Positions 1 through 12,660 of a stretch of DNA of 64,000 bases are shown here, piece after piece; position 1 is the first letter of the stretch; each line of letters opens with the position of its first letter. The notes under the pieces are model-generated. The model had not been told where the DNA came from, did not search any database, and saw only the letters and a program-made list of their open reading frames with translations. Source of the DNA: Scyliorhinus canicula (Eukaryota); assembly GCF_902713615.1 (NCBI RefSeq), contig NC_052149.1, forward strand, positions 125,677,256-125,741,255, read 5' to 3'. The translations under genes were made by a program, and so were the position numbers.

Positions 1-665
1 CATCTCCACAAATGGCTGAAACCTGCGAATTTGGTGCCACGCTCAACGAGCCGTTGCGAGACAGGTTCGTATGTGGAATCCGCGATGCCGACACACACAC
101 AACACTGCTGACTGTGACTGACCGGGCTTTACAACGCACCATGGAAATCACCATCTCCTGTGAGAGCGCGGAGCAAGGGGTCCATCAGCTCCGAGGAATG
201 GCGGTGCTGAGCCTCGGCCACTAAACTGCGCACTGCCCCCCACCCCACCAAAGGGATCCCACAGGGACTCAGGCTGCAGCCATTGAGGCCCGGAATACCG
301 CAGAACACCCTTCCCCAACTGCAAAGATCCAGAATACAAGTTCCAGCCAGCAGCTGCTGGTCATAGGACACCAGTGTGTAGCCGACCCAGGGAGTGCCCT
401 CCGCCCTGCCCTCTCACCAGGATCGAACGTCGCCCCAGGGACCAGGCCCACTACATGGTTTGAGGAGGGGTTAGGCACCATCAGAGGAACTGTGAGCTGC
501 ATCAACGCCGACCCGAGTGCCCAGCCGAGATATTTCCACGCCCGGCGTGTACTGTCTGCATTGCGGCCAAAATTGGACATAGAGTTGGACCGTCTCGAAG
601 GTTTGAAGAGAATACGCCCTGTCTAATTCTCCGACTGTGCAGCACCTGTCATGCTGGTGATGAAA

Positions 666-896
666 GGGCAGCACGGTGGCGCAGTGGGTTGGCCCTGCTG
701 CCTCACAGCGCCGAGGCCCCAGGTTCGATCCCGGCTCTGGGTCACTGTCCGTGTGGAGTTTGCACATTCTCCACGTGTTTGCGTGGGTTTCGCCCCCAGA
801 ACCCAAAGATGTGCAGGTTAGGTGGATTGGTCATACTAAATTGCCCCTTAATTGGAAAAAATTAATTGGGTACTCGAAATTTACTTTAAAAAAATG
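666..896 (+). mobile_element. HE1/V-SINE-type tRNA-derived SINE inside the Gypsy element
   Basis: ggcagcacggtggcgcagt... A/B-box head followed by the gtgtggagtttgcacattctcc core. Confidence 0.85.
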
Positions 897-1212
897 CTAG
901 TGATGAAGCCTGGTGGCTCCGTCCACCTCTGTGGGACCACAAGATGAGGGTCTCCCATTTGGATCGTTAAACTGTCTCTCATATTAAGGACATATACGCC
1001 AAGCTCAGCAGTGGCCACACATTTTCCAAATTGTACATGAGCAATGCGTACCTCCAGCTGCCTTTGGCCCCGAACTCCAGGCGGTTTGTGACCATCAACA
1101 CACAGCGTGGGCGATGTGAGTGTATCCAGCTACCTTTTGGTGTTTCTTCCGCATGCGCTGTCTTCCAGTGGGTGATGGAAAACATCCTGTGCGGACTCCC
1201 AAGAGCGAAATG

Positions 1213-1320
1213 AATGAAAAAGGAAAATCACTTATTGTCACGAGTAGGCTTCAATGAAGTTACTGTGAAAAGCCCCTAGTCGCCACATTCCGGCGCCTGT
1301 CCGGGGAGGCTGGTACGGGA
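1213..1320 (-). mobile_element. Partial copy of a second tRNA-derived SINE family
   Basis: The tail aaatcacttattgtcacgagtaggcttcaatgaag...cccctagtcgccacattccggcgcc is shared with copies at ~22.4, 23.7, 56.9 and 58.1 kb. Confidence 0.8.
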
Positions 1321-2810
1321 AGAGTGGCGGTATACATTGATAATGTCCTGATCACGGGATCATCTGACTGGGGGCAATCTTGACAATCTGGCCAAGGTTC
1401 TCCAGCGTTTCGAAGAGGTGAAGGTCTGCGTCTCCAGGAAATTTTTTTGTAAAGCAAACGAGGTCACCTACCTGGGTTACCGTGTGGATTGCCATGGGTT
1501 ACACCCCATGGAGGAAAAAGCCAGGCCATCCATCAGGCCGCAGTACCACACAGACCGATGGAACTACGCTTGTTTTTGGGCCGAGTAAATTATTCTGGCC
1601 AGTTTTATTCCGAACTTAACCATACTCTTGACCCCCTCCATCATCTGCTAAAGAAAGGTCAACGTTGGCAATGGTCCCAGGCCCAGGAGACGACTTCCGT
1701 GTTGGTAAAGAAGCAGCTATCCTCCTCCTGTCTGCTGACTCACTTTGACCCAATGAAGCCGCTGTTGTTGACGTGCGATGCTTCCCCTTGTGTGGTGGGG
1801 GCCGTCCTGTCCCACCGGATAAACGATAGGTTGGAGCCGTCCAACTGCATTTGCATCTCGGACATTGGCGAACATGGAAAAAACTACGCACAAATTGAGA
1901 AGGAAGTGTTGGCCATCGTATTTAGTGTTAAAAAAAAATCCATCAGTGCATTTAGGAGCATCCTTTCACCATCTACACCGACCACGAGTCCCCGTTGGGG
2001 TTGTTTAAGGAGGACCAGGCGATTTCCCACCATCACCTCTGCCAGGATCCAGTGGTGGGCGATACTATTAGCAGCATCCGCGTACGTGTTGGGACACCGC
2101 TCCGGATCCACAATCCCACACGCCGATGTGTTGAGCTGCCTCCCTCTCCCCACCAGGCCGCCTGCACCGGCAGTGGCTGAAGAGGTGATAGCCGCCCTCC
2201 ATTTCATGGATTCCTTGCCGGTTACAGCTTCCTGCATCTGGGGCTGGACTCAGACAGATCCGCAGTTATCCCGGGTACATAATCCAGTATGGGGCCCAAC
2301 ACCGCACCTTGCTGGGGGACTTGAAGGCGTTCGTTAACAAAATACCCGAGTTAAGCTTCGAGGACAGTGTCATTCTGTGAGGAACACACATGGTGGTTCC
2401 CGAGCGCGGGCACGCACCACTCCTGCAGGATACCACAATGGACACCCAGGGGTGTCAAAGATGAAGAGGTTAGCCCGCAGCCAAGTATGGTGGGCAGGCA
2501 TTGGCACGGATATCGAGAAGGTGGCCCAGTATTGTACTCAGTGCCAGCAGCACCAGAAGCTGCCGCTGGCGTCGCCGCTCCACCCATGGGAATGGCCAGG
2601 CCACCCTTGGTCCCACCTCCACATAGATTGTGTGGGACCATTCCCAGGAACTGTGTCCTTCATTGCCCTAGATACCCACTCAAAGTGGATGGGGGTGTAT
2701 AAGATGCAAAGTACAACAGCTCGAGCCAGGCTACGGCAATCTTTCAGCACCCACAGGATAGCGGAGGTGTCGGGGTTCAATAAAACTGAAGGGTGAGAAA
2801 TGTTGGGGCC

Positions 2811-3125
2811 ATCAAAGAATCATGGAATACCTACATTGCAGAAGGAGGCCATTGGGCCCATCGAGTCTGCACTGCCCCTCTGAAAGAGCACCCTACCCAG
2901 TCCCACTCCCCTGCCCCATTCCCGTAACCCCAACTAACCTTTGCACACCAAGGCAATTCAGCATTGACTGCATATCTTTGGAATATGGAAGAAAACCGGA
3001 GCATCCGGAGGAAATCCGTGGAGACACAGAGAGAATGTGGAAGCTCCACACAGACAATCACCCCCGGCTGGAATTGAACCCGGGTCCCTGAGGCTGTGAG
3101 GGGCAGTGCTAACTGCTGTGTCACT
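2811..3125 (-). mobile_element. HE1-type SINE
   Basis: Reverse complement of the HE1 core and of the gatgggccnaatggcctccttctgc tail. Confidence 0.8.
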
Positions 3126-3571
3126 TTACTGTCCATCACTGTGCAGGGGAGGGGACATCACTACAGGAATGCTTTTGGTAACGGTGGCCTGTTTGAGCCT
3201 TACAGCTCTGTGATAGCACCAGGGACAACTACCTCCCATATCGCCCTGACTTCTCACTTTGTTGCTGTCTCGATATCCTGCCAAACTCTGGACATCCTGA
3301 CACAGAGTGAGGCCCCGGCTCCTCCCATTGTCTTGCTGCTTAAGGACTAATTGTCCATTTAAATACCTTGATCGACTACCTGCCAGGAATGAGCGGCAGC
3401 CACTGTCACAGAAAGCCAATCTGTGGTAAACCTTCTGGATTCAGGGATACATCAGGAAGTGGGCACAATATGCATAGTCTGATTTCCCATGACCCTCTTC
3501 CTGACTCTGTCTCCATGGGATTGAACGGACTCTGTGCTCAGACTTTGTATCGACTGCCCAGTGTGGGATTA

Positions 3572-3903
3572 GGGCAGCACAGTAGCATAGTGGATATCAC
3601 TGTTGCTTCACAGCACCAGGGTCCCAGGTTTGATTCCCGGCTGGGTCACTGTCTGTGCGGAGTCTGCACGTTCTCCCCGTGTCTGCGTGGGTTTCCTCCA
3701 GATGCTCCGGTTTCCTCCCACAGTCCAAAGATGTGCAGGTTAGGTGGAATGGCCACACTAAATTGCCTATAGTGACCAAAAAGGTTCGGTGGGGTTATTA
3801 GGTTATGGGGATAGGATGGAAGCGAGGGCTTAAGTGGGTCGGTGCAGACTCGATGGGCCGAATGGCCTCCTTCTGCACTGTATGTTCTATGTTCGATGTT
3901 CCT
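3572..3903 (+). mobile_element. HE1-type SINE, near full length
   Basis: Head, core and CR1-like tail ending in ttctatg repeats. Confidence 0.85.
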
Positions 3904-4962
3904 ATGAATATTTTTCAACTGAATATTGAGGAGATTGAAGTCAATGCCTTCAGTTCCTGTCACTAACTCCATACCCTCGGCACTGACTCTCTCCCTCTCC
4001 CTGGCATCAATGTCAACCACACTGTTGGAAACTGTGGTGTCATTACTGACCCGCAATGAGTTTAAGAACATGTATGCACCTTGTATCTGAAACCAAGGAC
4101 GGGATTCTCCGTTAGCCGACCCCAAAATCAGGAATTGCGATGAGGCGGAGAATAGCGTCCAACGGCAAAATCGCATCAGGGGCCGATTTGACACCACATC
4201 ACAATTCTCCATCACCTCGAAAACGGAGTCAATGCGTTTCACTCCGCATGTACAGTAGGCTCAGGTTGCATCTCATTAACGGGCCTGACCCGGTATTCTC
4301 CGGGGCCTCCGCCATTTTCTCCCTCCGACGAGCCGGGTTCACTACGGCCAGGTGCTTTCAAAAATCATGAAACTGGCGTGGTGGCTGCTGAGGGAGAGAG
4401 AGAGGAGGTAGGACACGGAGAGGAACAACTGCGGGCTGCAGGGCCGGACACTGACCATGCTGGCCGGGGGGGGGGGGGGGGGGGGAGGGGGGGGTGCCCT
4501 GAGAAGGGGGGAATGGGGGGAACAGGCCTAGTCCCGGGGAGACCCCCCACGGGACAGGGGGTGGAGGTGTCCAGGCACAGACCGCCATTACACGCCCATC
4601 TTCCTGTGCACCCACTGACCAACCACCTTGGCCCCCATTCTGCACAGTGACACTGGTCATTTGGGTGACCCCACCCCCGCACTTTGTATCCCACCCACTC
4701 ACCACACCACCCCTCCCCTGCCCCAACCCGCACTCCCCCAACCTGGCGACCATCCACCGGTAGCCCACCCAGGGCAACACCCACAGTAGCCACTGGCGAG
4801 GGTTGTGCCAGCCAACGGTACCCTTGGCATCAGGGACGAACACTAGGGCCAGAGGTCCCCATGGTGCCAGGCACCGATGAGGTGAGGGGTGAAGGAATGG
4901 AGGGTGAGATGCGGAGGTGAATCCCGCAGTCTGGGCCTATTGGACCTGGTTGGGCACGGGGG

Positions 4963-5339
4963 TGTGACATTATCATGAATGTAAAGAACACGGGGTTAAT
5001 GTAATGTCTAAATCAACCACTAGAGGGAACAAGATGTACAACTATATAAGGCATCAATGCTCAGCCTTGTGTCTGAGAGGTTGGGGAGAAAGCTAGAGTC
5101 CAGACTGAAGGAAAGACAGTGTGAGTGAGAGCAGATCATAGTTAATGTAATAGTGTAGAAATTCGTTGTCAATGAGTGTAGATTATTTGTTTATTGTCCT
5201 GTGTATTATATCGGAGTAAGTGTCGAATCCAATTAAGTAGCGTCAGTAAAGCTACGGCTTTGTTCAAATTAAAAGCAATTTTTATCTTAATAAACACTAC
5301 GCCAACCATCCTAAAATTAGCAATACAAAGAACATCACA
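4963..5339 (+). mobile_element. Solo LTR (377 bp) inserted in the Harbinger element
   Basis: TGTGA...TCACA termini, GGGGG TSD (4958-62 and 5340-44), TATA-like tatataa and AATAAA inside. Confidence 0.85.
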
Positions 5340-6129
5340 GGGGGTAAGCACCACGCTAACATGTTGGCCTTTGAGCCCCTGCAGACAATGGATATTGGAA
5401 TACAACCAGCAATGGTGGCCTTCCTGCTGGTCGCTGCAGACCTGGAGGATGCCCTGTGGCTGTACGAGCGGGTACTGCTTGAGGAAGAGGAGGAAGCTGC
5501 AGCAGCGGTGCGGGCAGCAGCGGTGCGAGCAACAGAGAGACAGGTGGCAGCTGCCCAGGTTGGAGTGCCTGCTGCCCAACAGGCCGAGGAGGAAGAAATG
5601 CCAAGGAGGTGCCGCATGAGGCCTTGTGTGCTGGCTGCACCTGTCATTCGAGGACCTGCCAGACCGGGCATGTCATTGAAGCTCCGGCTGAACAGGGACA
5701 CAGTGCAACATATCTGGCAGATGATGGCACACTGGCACCACGGGGACTATGGGGGAGGGCACCCACTCCCGGTGGCCGTTAAGGTGATTGTCGTCCTGAA
5801 CATTTACGCCATGAGATCCTCCCAGGCGCTGAGAGGGACCAGTCCGGGATCTCACAGACTTTGATGCACAGGAGCATCCTTGACATCACGGAGGCCCTAT
5901 ATGTCCAGGTGACTCAATACATTCATTTCAATGTGGACCCAGCCCACTAGGATGTCCAGGCAGCTGGGTTCACCGCCATCACTGACATGCCCCAGGTACA
6001 GGGGGTGCTCGATGGGATGCATGTCGACCTATGAGCACCTGAAGATGACAGGCCGCTCTACACAAACTGAAAGGGGTTCCACTCGATGAACGTGCAGCTG
6101 CTGTGTAACCATCAGCTGTGCATCAGACA

Positions 6130-6508
6130 CAACTGTGCCCAATACCCGGGCAGTGTGCACAACGCCTTCATCATAAACAACTGTGCCCAATACCCGGGCA
6201 GTGTGCACTACGTCTTCATCATACACAACTGTGCCCAATACCCGGGCAGTGTGCACAACTCCTTCATCATAAACAACTGTGCCCAATACCCGGGCAGTGT
6301 GCACTACGTCTTCATCATACACAACTGTGCCCAATACCCGGGCAGTGTGCACAACTCCTTCATCATAAACAACTGTGCCCAATACCCGGGCAGTGTGCAC
6401 AACGTCTTCATCATAAACAACTGTGCCCAATACCCGGGCAGTGTGCACACCGTCTTCATCATACACAACTGTGCCCAATACCCGGGCAGTGTGCACAACA
6501 CCTTCATC
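6130..6508. repeat. 48-bp tandem repeat, 8 copies, inside the Harbinger transposase
   Basis: Unit caactgtgcccaatacccgggcagtgtgcacaacgccttcatcataaa starts at 6130, 6178, ... 6466. Confidence 0.95.
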
Positions 6509-7530
6509 CTGTCACACTCGACGGTCCCTGACATGTTCCCCCCCCCCCCCCCCCCCCCCCCCCCGGCTGGGAGGTAGGCTCCTGGGTGACAGAGGTTGTC
6601 CACTGTGGTCGTGGCTGATAACACGTATCTGGAGGGCACAGACCGATGCAGAGACCGGCTACACCGACGCCCAGACCACGTCCATGATCGAGCTGTGCTT
6701 CATCCCCTGAAGATGCCTGGACCACTATGGAGGGTCCCTCGAATATGATGTTGAGAGGGTTGGCAGCATCTTGGCGGCCTGCTGCTCCTCCACAATATCG
6801 TGCAACAGAGGGTGACGTGCAGGAGGAGGAGGATGAAGGCAAGGCCTCGTCCGACGAGGAGGGAGCAGGGAAAGTGAGGCTGGCCAGGATATGGAGCCCA
6901 GGCAGGCACGGGAGGCCACACGACTTGTGCGCCCGCGCCAATGTGCACGGTCGCTCTAATCGTCTCCGGGTTCACCGACTAGGAGGGGGAGTAGTGGGGG
7001 CGGGACTGGCCAATGGCACGGAAACCGCATCCCAAACCTGCAGGGGCAGGATGCTGACCGGCAACACCTCATGTACTGTCTGGCTCTCTGACTGCATCTG
7101 CACTGTGGATGGGACTGTCTGTGCCAGAAACCTGAGACCCATCTGGACGGCAGCTAGTCCCTGGGATGGGCCTGCCCTCCGACTGTCCACCCACTCCGGT
7201 GGTACTACCTCCGCTGCTGTACTGGGTCAACTGTGTGGTGTGCACCAGGAGCCTCTCCACTAACATGCCCAACCGAGCTGAGTGTCTCTGGGATAATGGA
7301 GGGTGTTGGAGACAGCTGTGACAGAAAGTCAGTGTCATCCTCAGACCCGAGCTCTGGGATCTCCTGAGTTTCAGGCAGAGGGCTGGTGTCTGAATTATTC
7401 CCATCGCTGCTCGGTTCACGGGGCTCCGGCTGTGGCACTGGCTGGGGACGGATGCGCCCCATCTTCAGCAGGCCCTGCGAGACAATAGACAAAACGTATG
7501 ATTAGACCGTGGGCTGAAGGGTGGTGGGCA

Positions 7531-8205
7531 TCCCTATCTCTCTATAACCTCCTCCAGCCCCTGCAACCCTCCTTATCTTTGTAACCTCCTCCAGCCCCAA
7601 CAACCCTCCCTATCTTTAAAACCTCCGCCAGCCCCAACAACCCTCCCTATCTTTATAACTTCCTCCAGCCCCAACAATCCTCCTTATCTTTATGACCTCC
7701 TCCAGCCCCAACAACCCTCCTTATCTGTATAACCTCCTCCAGCCCCCACAACCCTCCCTATTTTTGGAAGCTCCTCCAGCCCCTACAACCCTCCCTATCT
7801 TTGTAACCTCCTCCAGCCCCAACAACTCCCTATCTTTTTAATATCTTCAAGCCCTGCAACCCTCCCTATCTTTAGAACTTCCTCCAGCCCCCACAACTCT
7901 CCCTATCTTTGTAACCACCTCAATCCACTGCAACCCTCCCTATCTTTGTAACCTCCTCCAGCCCCAACAACCCTCCCTATCTTTATAACTTCCCCCAGCC
8001 CCCAGAACCCTCCCTATCTTTATAACCTCCTCCAGCCCCAACAATCCTCCCTATCTTTGTAACCTCCTCACAACCCTACAACCATCCCTATCTTTGTAAC
8101 CTCCTCAAGTCCCGACAACCCTTCCTATCTTTGTAACCTCCTCCAGCCCCTACAACCCTCCCTATCTTTGTAACCTCCTCCAGCACAGAGGCAGCACGGT
8201 AGCCT
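7531..8205. repeat. ~39-bp L2-derived minisatellite
   Basis: Unit ctccagccccaacaaccctccctatctttgtaacctc matches the reverse complement of the L2 segment at ~9290-9350. A further copy lies at ~8550-8610. Confidence 0.85.
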
Positions 8206-8541
8206 TGTGGATAGCACAATGGCTTCACAGCTCCAGGGTCCCAGGTTCGATTCCAGCTTGGGTCACTGTCTGTGCGGAGTCTGCACATCCTCCCCGTGTG
8301 TGCGTGGGTTTCCTCCGGGTGCTCCGGTTTCCTCCCACAGTCCAAAGATGTGCAGGTTAGGTGGATTGGCCATGATAAATTGCCCTTAGTGTCCAAAACT
8401 GCCCTTGGTGTTGGGTGGGGTTACTGGGTTTTGGGGATAAGGTGGACGTGTTGACCTTGGGTAGGGTGCTCTTTCCAAGAGCCGATGCAGACTCGATGGG
8501 CCAAATGGCCTCCTTCTGCACTGTAAATTCTATGATATTTA
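8190..8541 (+). mobile_element. HE1-type SINE
   Basis: Full head, core and tail. Confidence 0.85.
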
Positions 8542-9069
8542 TGATATCAGCCCCTACAACCCTCCCTATCTCTGTAACCCTCCATCCCCCGCAACCCTCC
8601 CTATCTTTGGAAGCTTTTTGGTCCTTCAATCCTGCTGCTCCATTCATTATGATCATGGCTGGTCATCCCGGCTTTCCCGCATATCCTTTGATCCCCTTCG
8701 CCCCAAAGTCTATCTCTAACTGTTTCTAGAAAACCTACCCGATTTTAGCCTCAACTACTTCCTGTGGTAGCAATTTCCACAGTCCGACCATTCTCTGGGT
8801 GAAGAAATATATCCGCATCAAAGTCCAACATTGCTACATTTCACTTTTGAATTGCAGGTATTTATTGAATTTAAATTTCACTATTTACGATGGTGGGATC
8901 GAAGTGTGTTTCCGGTATTACCCAGGAGGCATCAGGGATTGCACAGTATGATCCCACAAGCTGGACCAACATCTCCAGTGCACAGAGTGAAGAGTGAATG
9001 TTCAACAGCAACAACTGTGATTTATATAGTTCAGTTAGCATAACGAGATATCACACAATGTCATTATGT

Positions 9070-10480
9070 AACAAAGTATAACACCCAGACAAAGAGGGAG
9101 ATATTAACTCAGATGATTGGTCAAAAAATGGACTTTAAAAAGTTCCTTAAAGGATCACAGTGAGACAGAGAGATGGAGAGGTTCAGGGAGGGAATCCCAG
9201 AGCTTGGGGCCCAGGCAGCTGAAGGCACGGCCGCCAATGGTGGGGCGATTCTGATCAGGAATGTACAAGAGGCCAGAATTAGAGGAGCGCAGATATCTCG
9301 GAGGGTTGTGGGGCTGGAGGAGATTCCAGAGATAGGGAGGGGCGAGGACATGGAGGGATTGGAAAACAAGGATGAGAATTTTAAAATCAAGACATTGTTT
9401 GACCAGAAGCCAATATGGGTCAGTGAGCACAGGGGGTGATAGGGGAATGGGACTTGGTGAGAGTTCAGGCTGGGAGAGCAGAGTTTTGGATGAGCTCATG
9501 TTTCCGGAGGGTAGGATGTGGGCGAGCAGCCAGGAGTGTATTGGAATAGTCACATCCAGAGGTAACGGAGACATGGGCGATGGTTTCTGGAGCAGATGAG
9601 CTGAGAGAAGGAGGTGGGTCTCATGGACAAGATGAGCTCAGAGAGGGCACGAGGGGAGATAGGAGAGAAACTAGAGAAAGATGTGAGTTCAGAGCCCGGG
9701 CAGGGGGGAGAATTAGACAAAGTTTGTCCAGACGGGCTAGTGGAAGGGAGGGATGTGGCCGAGGCAGCTGATTGGATCGTCTCAATCTTAGTGACAAAGA
9801 CGTCAATGAGCCCCTCCAACTTGTTGTTGGAGGTGAGGGTGGAGGGGACAGGGGAGAGGGGTTTAAGAAGATGGTCTGCAGTGGAGAAAAGAAGCCGGGC
9901 TTATCTTTACATTCCAGGATGATCCTGGAATAGTGAGCAGTTTTAGCAGATGGGAGTAGGTGCCGGGAGTGTTTGAGTGGTCCAGCCGGATCTGACAGTG
10001 GATGGATAAACCAGTTCTCCACCACATCCTTTCAAGTCTGCGTTACTTGGATTAATTGAGTGGCGATGAGGCCGTAGCAGGGGGAACGATCAGGGTGAGA
10101 GAGAGGAATGGTTTTATTGGGAACGAGGATATCAAAAGTGGAGGTGAGGGTGAGGTTGGGTAAATCAGTCGCTGCAGAAATGTTGTGGTGATCGGAGGGC
10201 CAGAGACAGATAGTTGGCATTTTGAAGGTGCCGTTGGAAGTGAATTGGGGAATAGGTTTTTCCAGGGATGGATACAGAAGGGGGTCGGGTTGGGGTGTGG
10301 AAGGGGGATGTGGGTGGGGAGTGATACAAGGAAGTGATCAGAGATGGTCTTATCTGTGATTGAAACTATGGGAATAGTGAGACCACGTGAGATGGTCAGG
10401 TCAAGGGGGAGGTGGGGAATATGGGTTGGAGAATTGTGATTGTGATGATTTAATCCCAGCAACTTTCAGTTTATTTTCTG
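9070..10480 (-). mobile_element. L2 LINE fragments
   Basis: FKILILVFQSLHVLAPPYL...LRSSNSGLL...GGRAFSCLGPKLWDSLP is the L2 ORF2 C-terminus. Endonuclease-region ISDHFLVS lies upstream. Confidence 0.8.
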
Positions 10481-10695
10481 ATTTGAATCTTGTAAACTCA
10501 GAGATTCCAGATCAAACTGATCATTTAAAAATGATTGATAATTGTCTTTGTATCCAATCTTCTGCTGATGTGTCATTGATTGACAGGCCAACTAGCCAAT
10601 CATGACAATCACTTGCTCAAATGCAGCCAATCAGCTGATGGGGAGGAGGGACATTTCCAAAGCACACACGAGACACAGACTGAATATTCTTAATG

Positions 10696-10701
10696 TTTAT
10701 T
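10696..10701 (-). terminator. Probable poly(A) signal of the kappa transcript
   Basis: AATAAA followed about 15 nt later by a GT-rich tract (gtctgtgtctcgtgtgtgcttt) on the minus strand. An alternative AATAAA lies at 10796-10791. Confidence 0.6.
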
Positions 10702-10996
10702 ACCTTTTACAGATTTACATTGTCAGAAAAAAGACTTGAACAAACAGCCCAGCCAGAGGAAGCTGGAGAAATTCACAGGGAGAATGGAGGTTTATTAAAA
10801 CACTGGTGGAGATTTTCTCAATAAGATGAGAATCCTGTCCCTTTAAACAGTGACTAAACCTTAAATTGTAACTGCAGGGTGAGCAGGAAGGAGGTCTGGT
10901 TTCCTGAAGCAGAGATTTCAGAGGGTCACATTATTTTTGTACAGCTGACAGTCTTCAGCATCTTAGAAAGGTGTTGCTTGGCATCACGAGTCTGCA

Positions 10997-11340
10997 CTGT
11001 CCCATCAAACATTCCCAGGACAGGTACAGCACGGGGTTAGATACAGAGTAAAGCTCCCTCTACACTGTTCCATCAAACATTCCCAGGACAGGTACAGCAC
11101 GGGGTTAGATACAGAGTAAAGCCCCCTCTACACTGTCCCATCAAACATTCCCAGGACAGGTACAGCACGGGGTTAGATACAGAGTAAATCCCCCTTTCCA
11201 CTGTCCCATCAAACATTCCCAGGACAGGTACAGCACAGGGTTAGATACAGAGTAAACCTCACTCCACATTGCCCTATCAAACTCTTGCAGGACATGTACA
11301 AACAGGGTTAGATACAGAGTAAATTTCGCTCTACACCATC
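10997..11340. repeat. 68-bp tandem repeat, 5 copies, between the C stop codon and the poly(A) signal
   Basis: Unit ctgtcccatcaaacattcccaggacaggtacagcacggggttagatacagagtaaagctccctctaca starts at 10997, 11065, 11133, 11201 and 11269. Confidence 0.93.
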
Positions 11341-11489
11341 CTGAAAGTGAATTAACCCTTGACCCTCAGAAGTGTCTCAGACCCAGTCCCGAGAAGGTTG
11401 TAATTCAGTGCTGACAATGACCTTTACCCTCCCAGCTCACCCCTGTTCTATTTAAAGTTGTGTCTCCTCTGTGGACTGTCTCTAACACC

Positions 11490-11818
11490 CTACGCACATT
11501 CTGATCTCCTGATGCTCTTGCTGAGGGCAGAGGAGAGGCTCACGTGGGTGAGGGCACAGGAGAAGCTGGCGTTGGACTCCCAGGCAGAGCCAGAGAGGGT
11601 CAGCAGGCTGCTGACGCTGTAGGTGTTGTCCGAAGCTCGCAGGTAGTTGCTGGTCTGAACCCCGTCCGAAATGGCTGCACCATCCTTCTTCCACTCTACC
11701 ACCAGCTCATCGGGATAGAAGTGATTGGCAAGGCACACCAGGGTGGCAGTGCCCTTGGTCTTGACCTCCTCCAGGGAGGGGGGCAGCAGGGTCAGTGTGG
11801 GTTGTGAATTCTCACGGC
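11490..11818 (-). CDS. IGKC: Ig kappa (shark type III/NS4-like) light-chain constant exon
   Basis: Acceptor ttctcttttcttccAG at 11820-11819. Exon reads (S)RENSQPTLTLLPPSLEEVKTKGTATLVCLANHFYPDELVVEWKKDG...YSVSSLLTLSGSAWESNASFSCALTHVSLSSALSKSIRRSECA, ending in TAG (11492-11490). It has both C1-set cysteines, the conserved Trp and the penultimate inter-chain Cys. Phase matches the J donor. Confidence 0.97.
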
Positions 11819-12319
11819 CTGGAAGAAAAGAGAAGGAATTTTAATCGCTGCCATTATAAAGGATGTCAGCTTCCCAAATATTAACTGGAATCAAATCAAT
11901 GCCAATGGATAGATGATGCAGAATTCTGACAATCCAGCACGGAATAATCCCAACAAGAGAAGGTGCAGTTTTGGACAGTTTTAGTGATTGAATCTGGGCA
12001 GGTGAGGGGGTATCAGTGGGAGAGTATTGGGTAATAGTGATCATAATTCAGTTAGATTTAGAGTAGTTATTGAAAAGGGTAAAGACAGACCAAGATGAAA
12101 GTTTTAATTGGGGAAAGGCCAATTTTACTAAACTGGGATTTGCCAAAATGGACAGGAAATAGGGACTTGATGGTAAAACAGTGTCAGAGCAGTGGGAGGA
12201 TATTCAAGCTGGAGATAGAGAGAGTTCAGAACAAATATGTTCACACAAAGCAATAGTGAGGGACATTGTGAGAGGATGACTGTGATATAATTGAATAGAT
12301 TAAATGGCACAGTGGAGTG

Positions 12320-12660
12320 GTGGCTCGGTGGCGTAGTGGTTTGCACTGCTGTCTCATGGCGCCAATGACCCGGGTTCAATCCCGGCCCTGCATCACTGTG
12401 AAGTTTGCACATTCTCCCCGTGTGTGCGTGAGTTTCACCCCCCACAACCCAAAGATGTACAGGGTACTTGGATTGGCCACGCTAAATCGGCCCTTAATTG
12501 GAAAAAAATGAATTGGGTACATTAAATTTATTTTTTTAAAGTGCACAGTGGTTAGCAATGCTACCTCACAATGCCAGGAACTGGGGGTGGATTGCGGCCT
12601 TGGTTAACTGTCTGTGTAAAGTTTGCACGTTTACCCCATGTCTCCGTCGGTTTCCACCGG
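12320..12660 (+). mobile_element. Two adjacent HE1-type SINE pieces in the J-C intron
   Basis: Core motifs at 12320-12540 and 12541-12660. Confidence 0.75.

Larger units (their letters stand above)
1..2800 (+). mobile_element. Decayed Gypsy/Ty3 LTR-retrotransposon internal region (gag end, protease, RT, RNase H, integrase)
   Basis: Fragmentary ORFs: LRDRFVCGI (gag), FVTINT...LPFGVSSA (RT), LLLTCDASP...YAQIEKEVLA (RNase H), H-PGVSKMKRLARSQVWW...CTQCQQ (integrase zinc finger), WEWPGHPWSHLHID. Many stops and frameshifts, and SINE insertions. Confidence 0.9.
4097..7500 (+). mobile_element. Decayed PIF/Harbinger DNA transposon
   Basis: Left end gggattctcc. HARBI1-like transposase remnants at 5600-6960: LPVAVKV..LNIYA, QGVLDGMHV, KGFHSMNVQLLC, YPGSVH, ERVGSILAACC.LHNI. 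No right end is visible. Confidence 0.8.

Noticed and set aside
5361-5864. 167-aa ORF with an E/A-rich stretch as a host gene
   Set aside because: It is the N-terminal part of the decayed Harbinger transposase region.
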